NCBI GenBank assembly: GCA_944371305.1
Contig: CALVXM010000005.1
Location: forward strand, 1-53,081
Reading direction: 5' to 3'
Length of the DNA stretch: 53,081 bases
Origin: an uncultured Bacilli bacterium
Lineage (GTDB): Bacteria; Bacillota_I; Bacilli_A; RF39; UBA660
Shown: one piece after another, positions 31,824 to 41,733 of the stretch
Numbering within the stretch: position 1 is the first letter of the stretch
Layout of the letters: the number at the start of each line of letters is the position of its first letter
Program-made: the position numbers and the translations under genes
The notes under the pieces: generated by a model
Seen by the model: only the letters and a program-made list of their open reading frames with translations
Told to the model about the DNA's origin: nothing
Databases searched by the model: none

Positions 31824-33299
31824 TCATTGCAAGGTGTATGGTGACTGGGCAGTACCTTCACCTCCTGTGAAGGTTAGGCCTGAAGTCCCTGACTTCAGAT
31901 GGATAACTGCACGCACGCCGTTCGCAAGCGTCGGACTTTTGTAGCTGAGGACGCCAGTGTTGTACACGACACGAACGATAGACGAACTATAACGATTCAT
32001 TAGCCAATAATAATTAAATACTGTTGGATTCTCAATGGTGTTAACATCGACAAATGTTTTGGTACTTGATGTTCCTAAATCGATATCATTTCCACTAAAC
32101 ATCTCTCCTATAGTTGGTAAGCCTACACTTGCTTGTAATGTCTCATCTTGGACATCTTTATAATTTTGTCCTATTCCTTCTACAAATGGATAATCGCCAA
32201 TATAAAATGCTTTGTTTCCTGTATAACGATAATCACTTGATATATTGTTAGCAAAATTATTCAATGGCGTATATATTGTATGACTTGTTGTTATTGTTTC
32301 ATTACTTCCATATCGACTAGTTGTTGGAAGTAATCCATTTAGTACTACTTTAATACTATCACTATCTTTACTTACTACTCTAAATGTACATTTATTATCA
32401 TCACCACAAGCTTTATCACTTCCACTATATGGAACATTGATATATTCTCCTACTTGCACATCACTTGTATTTGTGGCCTTAGCTGCTGTTTTATAATTCG
32501 ATATTAGAGTACCGTCCCCTTCGGTGACGGTTATATCAGAAATCTTGATAACTGCACGGACGCCGAGCGTAATCATCGGAGTGTCATAGCTGAGGGAGCC
32601 ATTGTAGTGCACACGACGAACGAAAGACGAACTATAACGATTTCCTAACCAGAAATAATCCTTTATATCTAAATAAGAATTTTGTCCTCCTGCTCTAGTA
32701 TATTGGGCTTCATCTAATAATCCTACTTTCTGACTTGTTGTTATTTCATCGACATCAGTATATATTCCTACATTAAATGTATTTTCAATAATTTTATTTT
32801 GAATACTACTATCTAAACTATTATAAAAATATTCATTTAGCCAATTGTTGATATAACTACTTTTATATTCTTCTTGCGTTTCCCATACTGCACTTGCTGG
32901 TTGAATAGAAACTAATGGTTGCTGACTAATTAAAGTCAAAGTTCTTTTCGCCACATCAAACTCTACTATTCGCCAATGATGTCCACCATACCATAAATGA
33001 TTATTACTTACTTCTTCATTTGTACCTTTATAATAATAAATATCTGAATTAGTAGTATCTCTTACTAAACCAGTTGTTCCCCCTTCATATCGGTTGAGCA
33101 AAATATCAATTAAATTAGGTACCTCTTCCTGAACATTATTAGAATTATTTAACTCATTCATAACATCATTTTTAAGTTTATCTAAAATTAATTTACGACT
33201 ACCTAATACTGTTAAAACAGCAAATATCAACACTAAAAACAAGATTAAAATTGAATAAATAATACCACTTAAAGCAAATCCTTTATTATTTAATTTCAA
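31824..33299 (-). CDS. Minor-pilin-like protein with two tandem VR-bearing domains; DGR target
   Basis: Start set at TTG 33299 (GAGGG RBS). NKGF|ALSGIIYSILILFLVL pilin-like N-terminus. Two repeats ending YFWLGNRYSSS...GVRAVI and YYWLMNRYSSS...GVRAVI. Confidence 0.85.
   Translation of the reverse strand: MKLNNKGFALSGIIYSILILFLVLIFAVLTVLGSRKLILDKLKNDVMNELNNSNNVQEEVPNLIDILLNRYEGGTTGLVRDTTNSDIYYYKGTNEEVSNNHLWYGGHHWRIVEFDVAKRTLTLISQQPLVSIQPASAVWETQEEYKSSYINNWLNEYFYNSLDSSIQNKIIENTFNVGIYTDVDEITTSQKVGLLDEAQYTRAGGQNSYLDIKDYFWLGNRYSSSFVRRVHYNGSLSYDTPMITLGVRAVIKISDITVTEGDGTLISNYKTAAKATNTSDVQVGEYINVPYSGSDKACGDDNKCTFRVVSKDSDSIKVVLNGLLPTTSRYGSNETITTSHTIYTPLNNFANNISSDYRYTGNKAFYIGDYPFVEGIGQNYKDVQDETLQASVGLPTIGEMFSGNDIDLGTSSTKTFVDVNTIENPTVFNYYWLMNRYSSSIVRVVYNTGVLSYKSPTLANGVRAVIHLKSGTSGLTFTGGEGTAQSPYTLQ
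31905..31985 (-). repeat. Variable repeat VR1 (C-terminal domain)
   Basis: Against the TR by hand: 16 of 30 TR adenines substituted, 6 of 51 non-A positions differ (all third codon positions). Confidence 0.88.
32550..32630 (-). repeat. Variable repeat VR2 (internal domain)
   Basis: Against the TR by hand: 18 of 30 adenines substituted, 9 of 51 non-A positions differ. Confidence 0.85.
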
Positions 33300-33481
33300 T
33301 TTAAACACCCTCTTTACTATAAAAAGTATATCAAAATTTAACAATAAAAGCAATAAAAAACAGTTTTTAAAAATACAAAAACTGTTTTCAAACATAATAC
33401 TTATAAGTTTAAAAATGAAACTTCATCGGTACATAAAGTAGTCTGTGTTTGGATATATCCATAATTATTATTTACTAATAT

Positions 33482-34297
33482 TTATTTTTTATGCATTTCT
33501 ATTTGATAGTAACGGTTATTAATAGCAATCCCCAAAACAATGATATAAGATATTAAATAAATCAAAAACATTAATATCGCTATATTAGCTAAACTTCCAT
33601 AGATTATGTTATAGTTAGCAATATTAGTAACATAAAATGAATAAATACCAGTTACTAACAAAATAGCAAAAGTAGCAAATAAAGCGCCATAATTAACATA
33701 TTTACTTTTAATTTTATCTAACGCTAAAGTATATATTATTTTAATAACAATAAAAACCACAATAAATGATAAAAATAATTTGATCATTGTAATAATAATA
33801 TAATTGTTAGCAATAAACTTACCTAATTCACCAAATGATAATAATTTAGTTAAAATAAAGCTACCAAAAGCTAAAACGATCAAAATAACAACAAATAAAA
33901 TTACTAACCAAATTGTCATAAAAATAGATTTTACTTTACGATAGACATAATTTTTATTTTCTGTTTTATACAAAATATTAGAAGCGATAATAATACTATC
34001 AGGTCCATTACTAGCTACAAAAAAACCGACAATAACGAAAATAATATTAGTTATACTAAGACCACTGTGGAAGAAAGGAGTTATAATTTCCATAACTTCC
34101 TTAGGAACAATGTTGCTAACAAAGTCGACAACAGAACTAGTTGATAATGATAAGGTTGATGCAATCATACCAAACAAACTGATAATAGGAGCCAAAGATA
34201 AAACTAAGAAAAAGGCTAAGTTACCAGGTAATATTAACATCTCTGGTAATCTTAGCACGTGCCATAAATCAAGAATAAATTTTTTTATTTTTTTCAT
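33482..34297 (-). CDS. YihY/BrkB family membrane protein
   Basis: LAFFLVLSLAP, YNIIYGSLANIAILMFLIYL. Confidence 0.88.
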   Translation of the reverse strand: MKKIKKFILDLWHVLRLPEMLILPGNLAFFLVLSLAPIISLFGMIASTLSLSTSSVVDFVSNIVPKEVMEIITPFFHSGLSITNIIFVIVGFFVASNGPDSIIIASNILYKTENKNYVYRKVKSIFMTIWLVILFVVILIVLAFGSFILTKLLSFGELGKFIANNYIIITMIKLFLSFIVVFIVIKIIYTLALDKIKSKYVNYGALFATFAILLVTGIYSFYVTNIANYNIIYGSLANIAILMFLIYLISYIIVLGIAINNRYYQIEMHKK

Positions 34298-36333
34298 TCT
34301 TTAGTAATTTCTTCTTTATTATTACGCATATCTAATGTAGCTTCGTTTATGGCATCATCAATAGTTTTAATAGCATCATTTATCATACTATAACCAATTG
34401 CACATCCAAAACCATGTTTCAACTCTTTTAGTTCTTTTCCTAATTTTCGCATATAAGTGATAACTTGTTTTTCTTCATAGCCAACTAAATAAATTAAAAA
34501 TTCATTACCATTTGTTCTAATAATTTCGCTATTTTCCATTTGATTTAAAATTAAAATATTAGCAGCTTGCTTGATAACATCATCACCTTCTGCGTGACCA
34601 TAATTATCGTTAATATAAGCAACATTGTTTAAATCAACAATGATAATGGTTTGAGGATAAACATCACTGCTATCCCATTTTTCGATTGAAGCATTTAAAT
34701 AATTACGATTTTTCAATGATGTTAAAGCATCAATATATCTTAATTTATCTTCTTTAGATAGATTTAAAGATTTTTTCTTTGGTTTCAATTTTATTATTGC
34801 TAAAACAATTAATAATATACCAACTATACCACCTAAAATAACAGCAAAATTCTTTAAAATAATCGGTGCCTTATTTACTAATAATAATTCAGCTAAACCA
34901 GGAGTTATAAAATTAGAACTATCATTAAATCTAATATAAAAATCAAAAAACTCATTAAAGATAGCATTATCTTGAATATCTCTTATTACAAAAGAATAAT
35001 CTTGATTAGTAAATTGATAACTGATCATATAATCTTGTAGATCTTCTAAATAAAAATTGTAATTATAAAGATCTAGTGCAATAATACTATCATCATTTAT
35101 ATTACTCATTAATTCTTGAATATTAGCAAATGTTTTAACTGTAATACCATTATCAGTAAAATATTTAGCTAAAGCACTATTTTCTAGACAAAAGACATCA
35201 CCCAATGATTTAATCGAATTAATAATTAAATTATTAGAAGCGTGTTTTAGAATAACAAAACTGTTGTTATAAACAGAAACTGTATTATAAACATCTAAAG
35301 CATAATCAGTTTTAGCATTAATGCCATAAAATAAATCAATTTGATTAGTATTAAAAGCATTAAGTAAATCTGATATATTATTGTATTGTTTATAACTTAT
35401 TTCAGCATCGGTTAATTTAGAAAAGCTAGAAAGTAATTGATAATTAATACCAGAAAGACGATTATCTAAAATTGTATCATAAGGCGCATTTTCAACAAAA
35501 CCATAAATATATCTCTTACTTCTAAATTTAACAGCTTCAGAATCATTTATATTTTTAAAACTAAAATAATTTTTAGATAAATATTTATTATAAGAATCTT
35601 CATAATTAAGACTTGACCATTTATTATAATATTTAGTTAAAATAGTGTTTAATTTCTCTTCTGAGCCAAGTGATAGTACAAACGACAATTTATAATCACT
35701 AATATTATAAGCAATATTATAATTATTATCGATCAATTGTTTTAAATTGGTCGTCTTTAGTAAAACAATACCATCTAACTCTGTTTCATCTTTGTTAAAT
35801 TCAGCAATTAACTCATCTTCATTATTAAATGTCTTATAAAGAATTCCCGAATTAGGCAAATAATTATTAACATTATTTAAGTTTTCATTTAAAACACCAA
35901 TGGTTAGGCCATTTAAATCTTCCCTATTTAAACGAATTTTTTCTTTAGTAACGATAACATAATTATCATCATAAATTACAATATCATCATCTTCTTTTTG
36001 ATTAACTAATTTAAAAGCATAATCTGATTTTACCTCATCACCTAGTTTATAAGAAACTTTATTAAATGATAAATTAGTCTCTTCATTTAAAGAGTTTAGA
36101 AAATCAATAATAATTCCTTCGCCGTTATAACTTAAAATCGGAATATTGTCGATAATTGACATATCGATAACATTGTTTTTATTATTTTCTATCCATTGTT
36201 TTTCAAACAAATTTAAAGTAGTTACTTTATCTTCTTTTGTTAAAAAATAATAGACAAAAAAGCCGATGGCAAGAATTAAAATAACTAAAATCGTTCCTAT
36301 TATAAACTTTTTATTCTTCATCTTCTTCACCAT
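34294..36333 (-). CDS. Membrane protein with extracellular solute-binding-like domains and a degenerate GGDEF domain
   Basis: DALTSLKNR, DLNNVAYINDNYGHAEGD, active-site position RTNGNEF. Two TMs flank a large extracellular region. Confidence 0.88.
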   Translation of the reverse strand: MVKKMKNKKFIIGTILVILILAIGFFVYYFLTKEDKVTTLNLFEKQWIENNKNNVIDMSIIDNIPILSYNGEGIIIDFLNSLNEETNLSFNKVSYKLGDEVKSDYAFKLVNQKEDDDIVIYDDNYVIVTKEKIRLNREDLNGLTIGVLNENLNNVNNYLPNSGILYKTFNNEDELIAEFNKDETELDGIVLLKTTNLKQLIDNNYNIAYNISDYKLSFVLSLGSEEKLNTILTKYYNKWSSLNYEDSYNKYLSKNYFSFKNINDSEAVKFRSKRYIYGFVENAPYDTILDNRLSGINYQLLSSFSKLTDAEISYKQYNNISDLLNAFNTNQIDLFYGINAKTDYALDVYNTVSVYNNSFVILKHASNNLIINSIKSLGDVFCLENSALAKYFTDNGITVKTFANIQELMSNINDDSIIALDLYNYNFYLEDLQDYMISYQFTNQDYSFVIRDIQDNAIFNEFFDFYIRFNDSSNFITPGLAELLLVNKAPIILKNFAVILGGIVGILLIVLAIIKLKPKKKSLNLSKEDKLRYIDALTSLKNRNYLNASIEKWDSSDVYPQTIIIVDLNNVAYINDNYGHAEGDDVIKQAANILILNQMENSEIIRTNGNEFLIYLVGYEEKQVITYMRKLGKELKELKHGFGCAIGYSMINDAIKTIDDAINEATLDMRNNKEEITKE

Positions 36334-36790
36334 CTTCCACTATATTATCTATCCATGAAAACTCTGAAGAATTCTTTGAATGATAACCGATAGCAGGATA
36401 AGAACTATTAGCATCACTTGGATCATCTAAAAATATTTCAATATCGTAAAAAGCGACCACTTTAGTACTTAAAGTATTAATGATCATATCACCTATTTTT
36501 TGAGCTTCTTCTAGTTTAGTGTCGCTTTTAACATCGATAAAAAACTTCATCGTTGCTACGTTAGTCTCATATCTAACATCTGTTACTAAACCTGTATCAT
36601 TAATATCATTCTTAATTTGTTCAATAACAGCATTGTCAATTTCTGGTGCATTTTCTAAGCGATCACCATAAACACTTTCGCTATTACTTGGATAAAACAT
36701 CCGGTAAATTGCAAAAAAGGCTAAAAGTAATAAAATTAAACATATTAGAGTTACAATCAAAGCGGTTTTATGTTTTTTTATAAATTCCAT
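36311..36790 (-). CDS. Membrane-anchored hypothetical protein
   Basis: N-terminal TM, YGDRLE motif. Confidence 0.75.
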   Translation of the reverse strand: MEFIKKHKTALIVTLICLILLLLAFFAIYRMFYPSNSESVYGDRLENAPEIDNAVIEQIKNDINDTGLVTDVRYETNVATMKFFIDVKSDTKLEEAQKIGDMIINTLSTKVVAFYDIEIFLDDPSDANSSYPAIGYHSKNSSEFSWIDNIVEDGEEDEE

Positions 36791-36836
36791 ATCTTCACTC
36801 CTAACAAAAATATTATACTATAATTTATTATTTAAA

Positions 36837-38231
36837 TCAATATTTGGATAATTCTCTAATTAAAGCTTCATTAGCCAAATTAGGATTAATTTGTCCTTTA
36901 CTTTCCTTCATTATCTGCCCCATCAAATATTTAATAGCTCGATCCTTACCATCTTTAAAATCCTTAACTGAATCAGGATTGTTTTTTATTACTTTAGTAA
37001 CAATATCTAAAATTAAACTGTCATCGCTAATTTGTTCTAAATTATTTTCTTTTACAATTTCTAAAACATCTTTTTCATCTTCCAAAATAATATTGATGAT
37101 TTCCTTAGCTTGTTTACTAGAGATAGTCTTTTTATCTAACAAGTTAACTAACTTAATAAAATTATTTTTAGTTAATTTAGTATCTTCTATTTTAATAATA
37201 TTTTTGTTCAAATAAGATAAAATATCACCAGTTAATAAATTAGAGGCGATAACCGGATTAACATCTTCAATAACTTCTTCTAAAAAATTACAAATATTGC
37301 GATTAGCAATAATTGTTTTAATATTATTACTATTAATACCTAAGGAAACATATTTATTTTTAAGCTCATCAGTTAAAACCGGCATATTATCAGAAATATT
37401 TTTTAACCATTCATCATCGATATAAATAAAAGGAATATCCGGTTCTGGAAAATAACGGTAATCATTACCGGTTTCTTTATAACGCATCAAAATAGTTGTT
37501 TTCGTTTTATCATCAAATCTTCTTGTTTGAGGAACTATTTTTCCACCTTTTTTTATCAATTCTTCTTGTCGTTTTATTTCATAATCAATAGCTAGACCAA
37601 CATTAGAAATCGAACCAATATTTTTAACTTCACATTTAGTGCCTAACTTATCACTATCACTAACTGAAACATTGACATCACAACGCATACTTCCTTCTTC
37701 GATTTTAACGTCACTAATTCCTAAATATAATAATGTTTCCCTTAATTTTTCTAGATATTCCATTGCTTCAGCACCACTTTCAATACAAGGTTTAGTAACA
37801 ATTTCAATCAAAGGTACACCAGAACGGTTAAAGTTAAGTAAAGTATCTGTAGTATGAATACTTTTGCAAGTATCCTCTTCGATATGCATTCTTTCTAAAT
37901 ATATTTTTTTATTACTTACCTCAACATAGCCATCATAACCAATCGGTGTATCTTGTTGAGTAATTTGATAACCTTTAGGTAAATCAGGGTAAAAATAATT
38001 TTTTCGATCAAAATGCATTAGACGATTAATTTTAAAATTCAAAGCTAAACAAGCTTTTAAAGCCATGTCGATAACACCTTTGTTGACCCTTGGTAAAACT
38101 CCTGGATGACCCAAATCAATAACATTAATATTAGAGTTTACCTCATCATTAAAATTATTTTTACTTAAAGAAAAAGCTTTAGCCATACTCTTTAACTCAA
38201 CATGAACTTCTATACCAATTGTCGGTTTCAT
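36837..38231 (-). CDS. gatB: Asp/Glu-tRNA amidotransferase subunit B
   Basis: IGIEVHVEL, FDRKNYFYPDLPKGYQITQ, DYRYFPEPD. Confidence 0.98.
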   Translation of the reverse strand: MKPTIGIEVHVELKSMAKAFSLSKNNFNDEVNSNINVIDLGHPGVLPRVNKGVIDMALKACLALNFKINRLMHFDRKNYFYPDLPKGYQITQQDTPIGYDGYVEVSNKKIYLERMHIEEDTCKSIHTTDTLLNFNRSGVPLIEIVTKPCIESGAEAMEYLEKLRETLLYLGISDVKIEEGSMRCDVNVSVSDSDKLGTKCEVKNIGSISNVGLAIDYEIKRQEELIKKGGKIVPQTRRFDDKTKTTILMRYKETGNDYRYFPEPDIPFIYIDDEWLKNISDNMPVLTDELKNKYVSLGINSNNIKTIIANRNICNFLEEVIEDVNPVIASNLLTGDILSYLNKNIIKIEDTKLTKNNFIKLVNLLDKKTISSKQAKEIINIILEDEKDVLEIVKENNLEQISDDSLILDIVTKVIKNNPDSVKDFKDGKDRAIKYLMGQIMKESKGQINPNLANEALIRELSKY

Positions 38232-39673
38232 TATTCTACCTCCTTTGGTTCAGTATTTAAATTAAGTTTTTTTTCGATAAAACTAGCTAACTGATAAATC
38301 TTATCTTCTTCAAAATAATTACCAATAATATGCATACCTATCGGTAAATTATTTTTAAAACCGATCGGTAAACTTAAAGCAGGAAGTCCTGCCATATTAA
38401 CGGGAATTGTTAATAAATCATCATAAAAACTTTTCAAAGCATCATCTTGTTTAGTTCCTAATTTATAAGCTACATCAGTATTAGTAGGTCCTATAATTAA
38501 ATCATATTTTTCTAAAACATCTTTAAAACTATCGGTCATCGCTTTTCTTACTTTTAAGGCTTTATAATAATAATTTTGAGCGTTTTCTCCGCTTAAGATA
38601 TAAGAACCGATCATAATCCTTCTTTTTACCTCACTACCAAAACCCTCGGTACGAGTGTTTTTATATAAATCATCAATATTTTGATAATTATCAATTTTAA
38701 GACCATATCTTACCCCATCATAGCGCGCTAAATTACTGCTTGCCTCTCCTAAAGCGATAACTTGATATAAAGGAATCGCATACTCTAAATAATCAATATC
38801 AATATAATCAACTGTGCAACCATTTTCTTTTAACAACGTAATTATCTTAGAAACATTTTGTCTAATTTCACTATCAATTACTTCACTCATATAATAATTA
38901 GGTACTGCTATTTTTAAATCCTTAATATTTTTACCAATTAAAGCAGTAAAATCAGGAACGACTTCTTTAGAAGAAGTTAAATCATTTTTGTCATAACCAC
39001 TAATAGCATTTAAAAGTAAAGCGTTTTCATAAACATTTCGTGTAATAGGTCCTACTTGATCCAAACTAGAAGCAAAAGCGATAACACCATATCTTGATAC
39101 TCTACCGTAAGTTGGTTTAAGACCAACTAAGCCACAAAAACTAGCTGGTTGTCTAATTGAACCGCCAGTATCAGTTCCCAAAGAAAACGGTGTAATCCTA
39201 GCAGCAACACAAGAAGCACTACCGGAAGAAGATCCCCCGGGAATTACTTCCTTGTTCCAAGGATTTAAGGTGTTTTTAAAATAACTAGTTTCACCAGTTG
39301 ATCCCATCGCAAACTCATCCATATTAGTCTTACCGATAATAATCATATTTTTTTCATTAATTTTTTTGATAACTGTTGCATCATAAATCGGAATAAAATC
39401 ATCTAAAATATGACTAGCCGCCGTCGTTTTTAAATTTTTAGTTAAAATGTTATCTTTAATAGCAATAGGAAGACCAAAAAGTAAATTATCAACTTCTTTA
39501 TTTTCTAAATCAAGAGCTTTCTTGATAGCATTCTCTTTATTTAAAGTTATAAAGCAATTTAAATTTGTTTTTTCAATTCTCTCAAACGCTTCGTTAACCA
39601 AATCAATTGGTTTAATTTCTTTCGCTTTTAATTTTTCGTTAATCGTTTTTATATCTAAATCTAAATATCTCAT
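38231..39673 (-). CDS. gatA: Asp/Glu-tRNA amidotransferase subunit A
   Basis: GKTNMDEFAMGS, PGGSSSGSA, GTDTGGSIRQPA. Confidence 0.98.
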   Translation of the reverse strand: MRYLDLDIKTINEKLKAKEIKPIDLVNEAFERIEKTNLNCFITLNKENAIKKALDLENKEVDNLLFGLPIAIKDNILTKNLKTTAASHILDDFIPIYDATVIKKINEKNMIIIGKTNMDEFAMGSTGETSYFKNTLNPWNKEVIPGGSSSGSASCVAARITPFSLGTDTGGSIRQPASFCGLVGLKPTYGRVSRYGVIAFASSLDQVGPITRNVYENALLLNAISGYDKNDLTSSKEVVPDFTALIGKNIKDLKIAVPNYYMSEVIDSEIRQNVSKIITLLKENGCTVDYIDIDYLEYAIPLYQVIALGEASSNLARYDGVRYGLKIDNYQNIDDLYKNTRTEGFGSEVKRRIMIGSYILSGENAQNYYYKALKVRKAMTDSFKDVLEKYDLIIGPTNTDVAYKLGTKQDDALKSFYDDLLTIPVNMAGLPALSLPIGFKNNLPIGMHIIGNYFEEDKIYQLASFIEKKLNLNTEPKEVE

Positions 39674-39960
39674 TCTATCACCTTTGGAACTATTATATAA
39701 TCACCTTTAACTCTTTTAGCATTTTTAAATGCCTCTTCCTTACTAATATGATTTTCCGGATTATCTTCGCTATAAACATTTTGATTAAAAGAAGGGCTAA
39801 TCATTATTTCAGTAGTTTGAATTTCAACATTCAATATTTTATCTATTTCCGTCAAAATATCTGTCAATTGTTGTTGATATTTTTTCATTTCATTTTCTTC
39901 AACTTTTAATTTAGCTAAATCAGCAATATGATTTACTTGTTCTTCACTTATCATTTTCAT
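39670..39960 (-). CDS. gatC: Asp/Glu-tRNA amidotransferase subunit C
   Basis: VNHIADLAKL...IVPKVIE, upstream of gatA. Confidence 0.93.
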   Translation of the reverse strand: MKMISEEQVNHIADLAKLKVEENEMKKYQQQLTDILTEIDKILNVEIQTTEIMISPSFNQNVYSEDNPENHISKEEAFKNAKRVKGDYIIVPKVIE

Positions 39961-40937
39961 TCCTCCAATATATAAGTTTCTATTTTAGTCTCACCGCGCA
40001 CTTTAAAAGAAAATGCTTTAGTTATTCCATTACTTTTTAAATACACTTTAACATTAACACCATCAAAATTATTTAAATTTTTAGTTATAATATTAGTAAT
40101 ATTTAAAATCTCCGATCTTTTAAAATAATTTTTATTGATAATCAAAGTTAATTCATTAAGAACAGTATCTTTATAAAGACCATAGGCATTAACATAAACA
40201 TTAAAATCAGTCAAACTATTTTTGATGGCGAGAATATTATTATAAGTGTTTATATCACTACTCATCACATTATTACTATCTAAGACTTGATAATTATAAT
40301 TAACATATTTTAATTTTATACTATCACTAGTAGTTGCTCCTAAGTATTTAAAACTACCTTTAAAATCATCTTCCAAATAAATACCAATGACAATATTGAC
40401 ATTTTTTAACTCTTCTTTAGTTCTCATATACTTAACTAAAGAGTTAGCTTTTTGTAGCGCATAATCTAAAACTACCTTTTCATCGATGATTTTATATTTA
40501 TTTTCTTCATAATATTGTTTATTATCGACGATAATAGCTAAAGAAACACCTTTTAAAACATTATTAGTAGCTAGGTAATTTTGTTCATAAATTGAGGTGA
40601 TGTAACTAGGTTTTATTTTAACACCAGCAACAACAATTTCATCGGTTTGATTATACTCATCTAACAATTTTTTAATTTCTTCACTAGTTAAAAATTGACC
40701 TTCTTGATATAATGAATTATTAGTTTTAAAATATTCATCAGATAAAGTCATTAACATCTTTTCAACCAATTCACGATCATAATCTCTAATACTATAATTG
40801 CCAACTCCCTCTTGATAAGGAGTAGCAACTTGATAATAAGTATCATCATAACTTATTTCGATGATATCTTCTTCTTTGTTACATCCAACTAATAATAGTA
40901 AAATTAAAATAACAAATACTTTTTTCATAAACACCAC
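39957..40937 (-). CDS. CamS/YerH-like lipoprotein
   Basis: Lipobox LVGC, YQEGQFLT, ITSIYEQNYL, LKGVSLAI, near gatCAB as in Bacilli. Confidence 0.75.
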   Translation of the reverse strand: MVFMKKVFVILILLLLVGCNKEEDIIEISYDDTYYQVATPYQEGVGNYSIRDYDRELVEKMLMTLSDEYFKTNNSLYQEGQFLTSEEIKKLLDEYNQTDEIVVAGVKIKPSYITSIYEQNYLATNNVLKGVSLAIIVDNKQYYEENKYKIIDEKVVLDYALQKANSLVKYMRTKEELKNVNIVIGIYLEDDFKGSFKYLGATTSDSIKLKYVNYNYQVLDSNNVMSSDINTYNNILAIKNSLTDFNVYVNAYGLYKDTVLNELTLIINKNYFKRSEILNITNIITKNLNNFDGVNVKVYLKSNGITKAFSFKVRGETKIETYILEE

Positions 40938-41025
40938 TATTTAATTATATCATATGTATCTTTAAAATATCTTATTTATAACTAAAATAATAAAAAACTG
41001 TCGATATTTTATCAACAATTTTATT

Positions 41026-41685
41026 TTATAATGTCAATTTTAGCCTTTTAGCTACTTCACTTTGTTTTTCTTCCTCAAATGCTTTTTGTAAATCAACTAT
41101 TTTACCAGCATTAATAGCATCATACTTAAGTTTATAAGAAACTTTAGATATTAGCTTATCGATTGCTCTATTTAAAAGTTCTTTATTATTTATTTCCACT
41201 CTTTTTTTTATATCTAAATTTTCTTTTTCAAAATAAAGACTATGTATATAATTCATTTGTTTGATTCTATTTAAAATAATAGCATCTGCTCCTAATATAC
41301 ATATAATTGCTGTTAAACAAATAAAAACGAAAGGAATAGATAAAGTCATAAAATTAAGAAGTAGAAAACATAAAGTGACAATAAATGTCAATAATTTATT
41401 TTTTTTAAATCTTTTAACTTTTTCTTTCTTTTTAACATCGATATTATCTATATCACTTTGAATTGATTTAATAACATCATCTTGTTTTTCGCTTACATAT
41501 TCGCGAAGCGCTAGTAAATCATGCAATAACTCTTCATTACTATCGTAACTAATGACTAAATTTTCTTCATCATTTTTTAAGTTTATTTGCAACAATCTAC
41601 TTACTACATTTACGCTAAAAGAATCTATATTTTTGATATCAGTGTTATCGATTAATTTACTTAATCTACCTGATAAATTATGCAC
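41026..41685 (-). CDS. Hypothetical two-TM protein
   Basis: 219 aa ORF, GTG start after GAGGTG. Confidence 0.7.
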   Translation of the reverse strand: MHNLSGRLSKLIDNTDIKNIDSFSVNVVSRLLQINLKNDEENLVISYDSNEELLHDLLALREYVSEKQDDVIKSIQSDIDNIDVKKKEKVKRFKKNKLLTFIVTLCFLLLNFMTLSIPFVFICLTAIICILGADAIILNRIKQMNYIHSLYFEKENLDIKKRVEINNKELLNRAIDKLISKVSYKLKYDAINAGKIVDLQKAFEEEKQSEVAKRLKLTL

Positions 41686-41733
41686 TATATCACCTCGGAC
41701 AAGATAACATTATAGCATAAATGTATTAGAATA

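Noticed and set aside
31656-31944. Plus-strand ORFs 31656-31844 and 31747-31944
   Set aside because: Antisense shadows of the TR/VR (GTT/ATT triplets give L/V runs). No RBS or recognisable product.
33300-33395. N-terminal extension of the 523 aa ORF
   Set aside because: The RBS and the pilin-like KGF motif indicate a TTG start at 33299.
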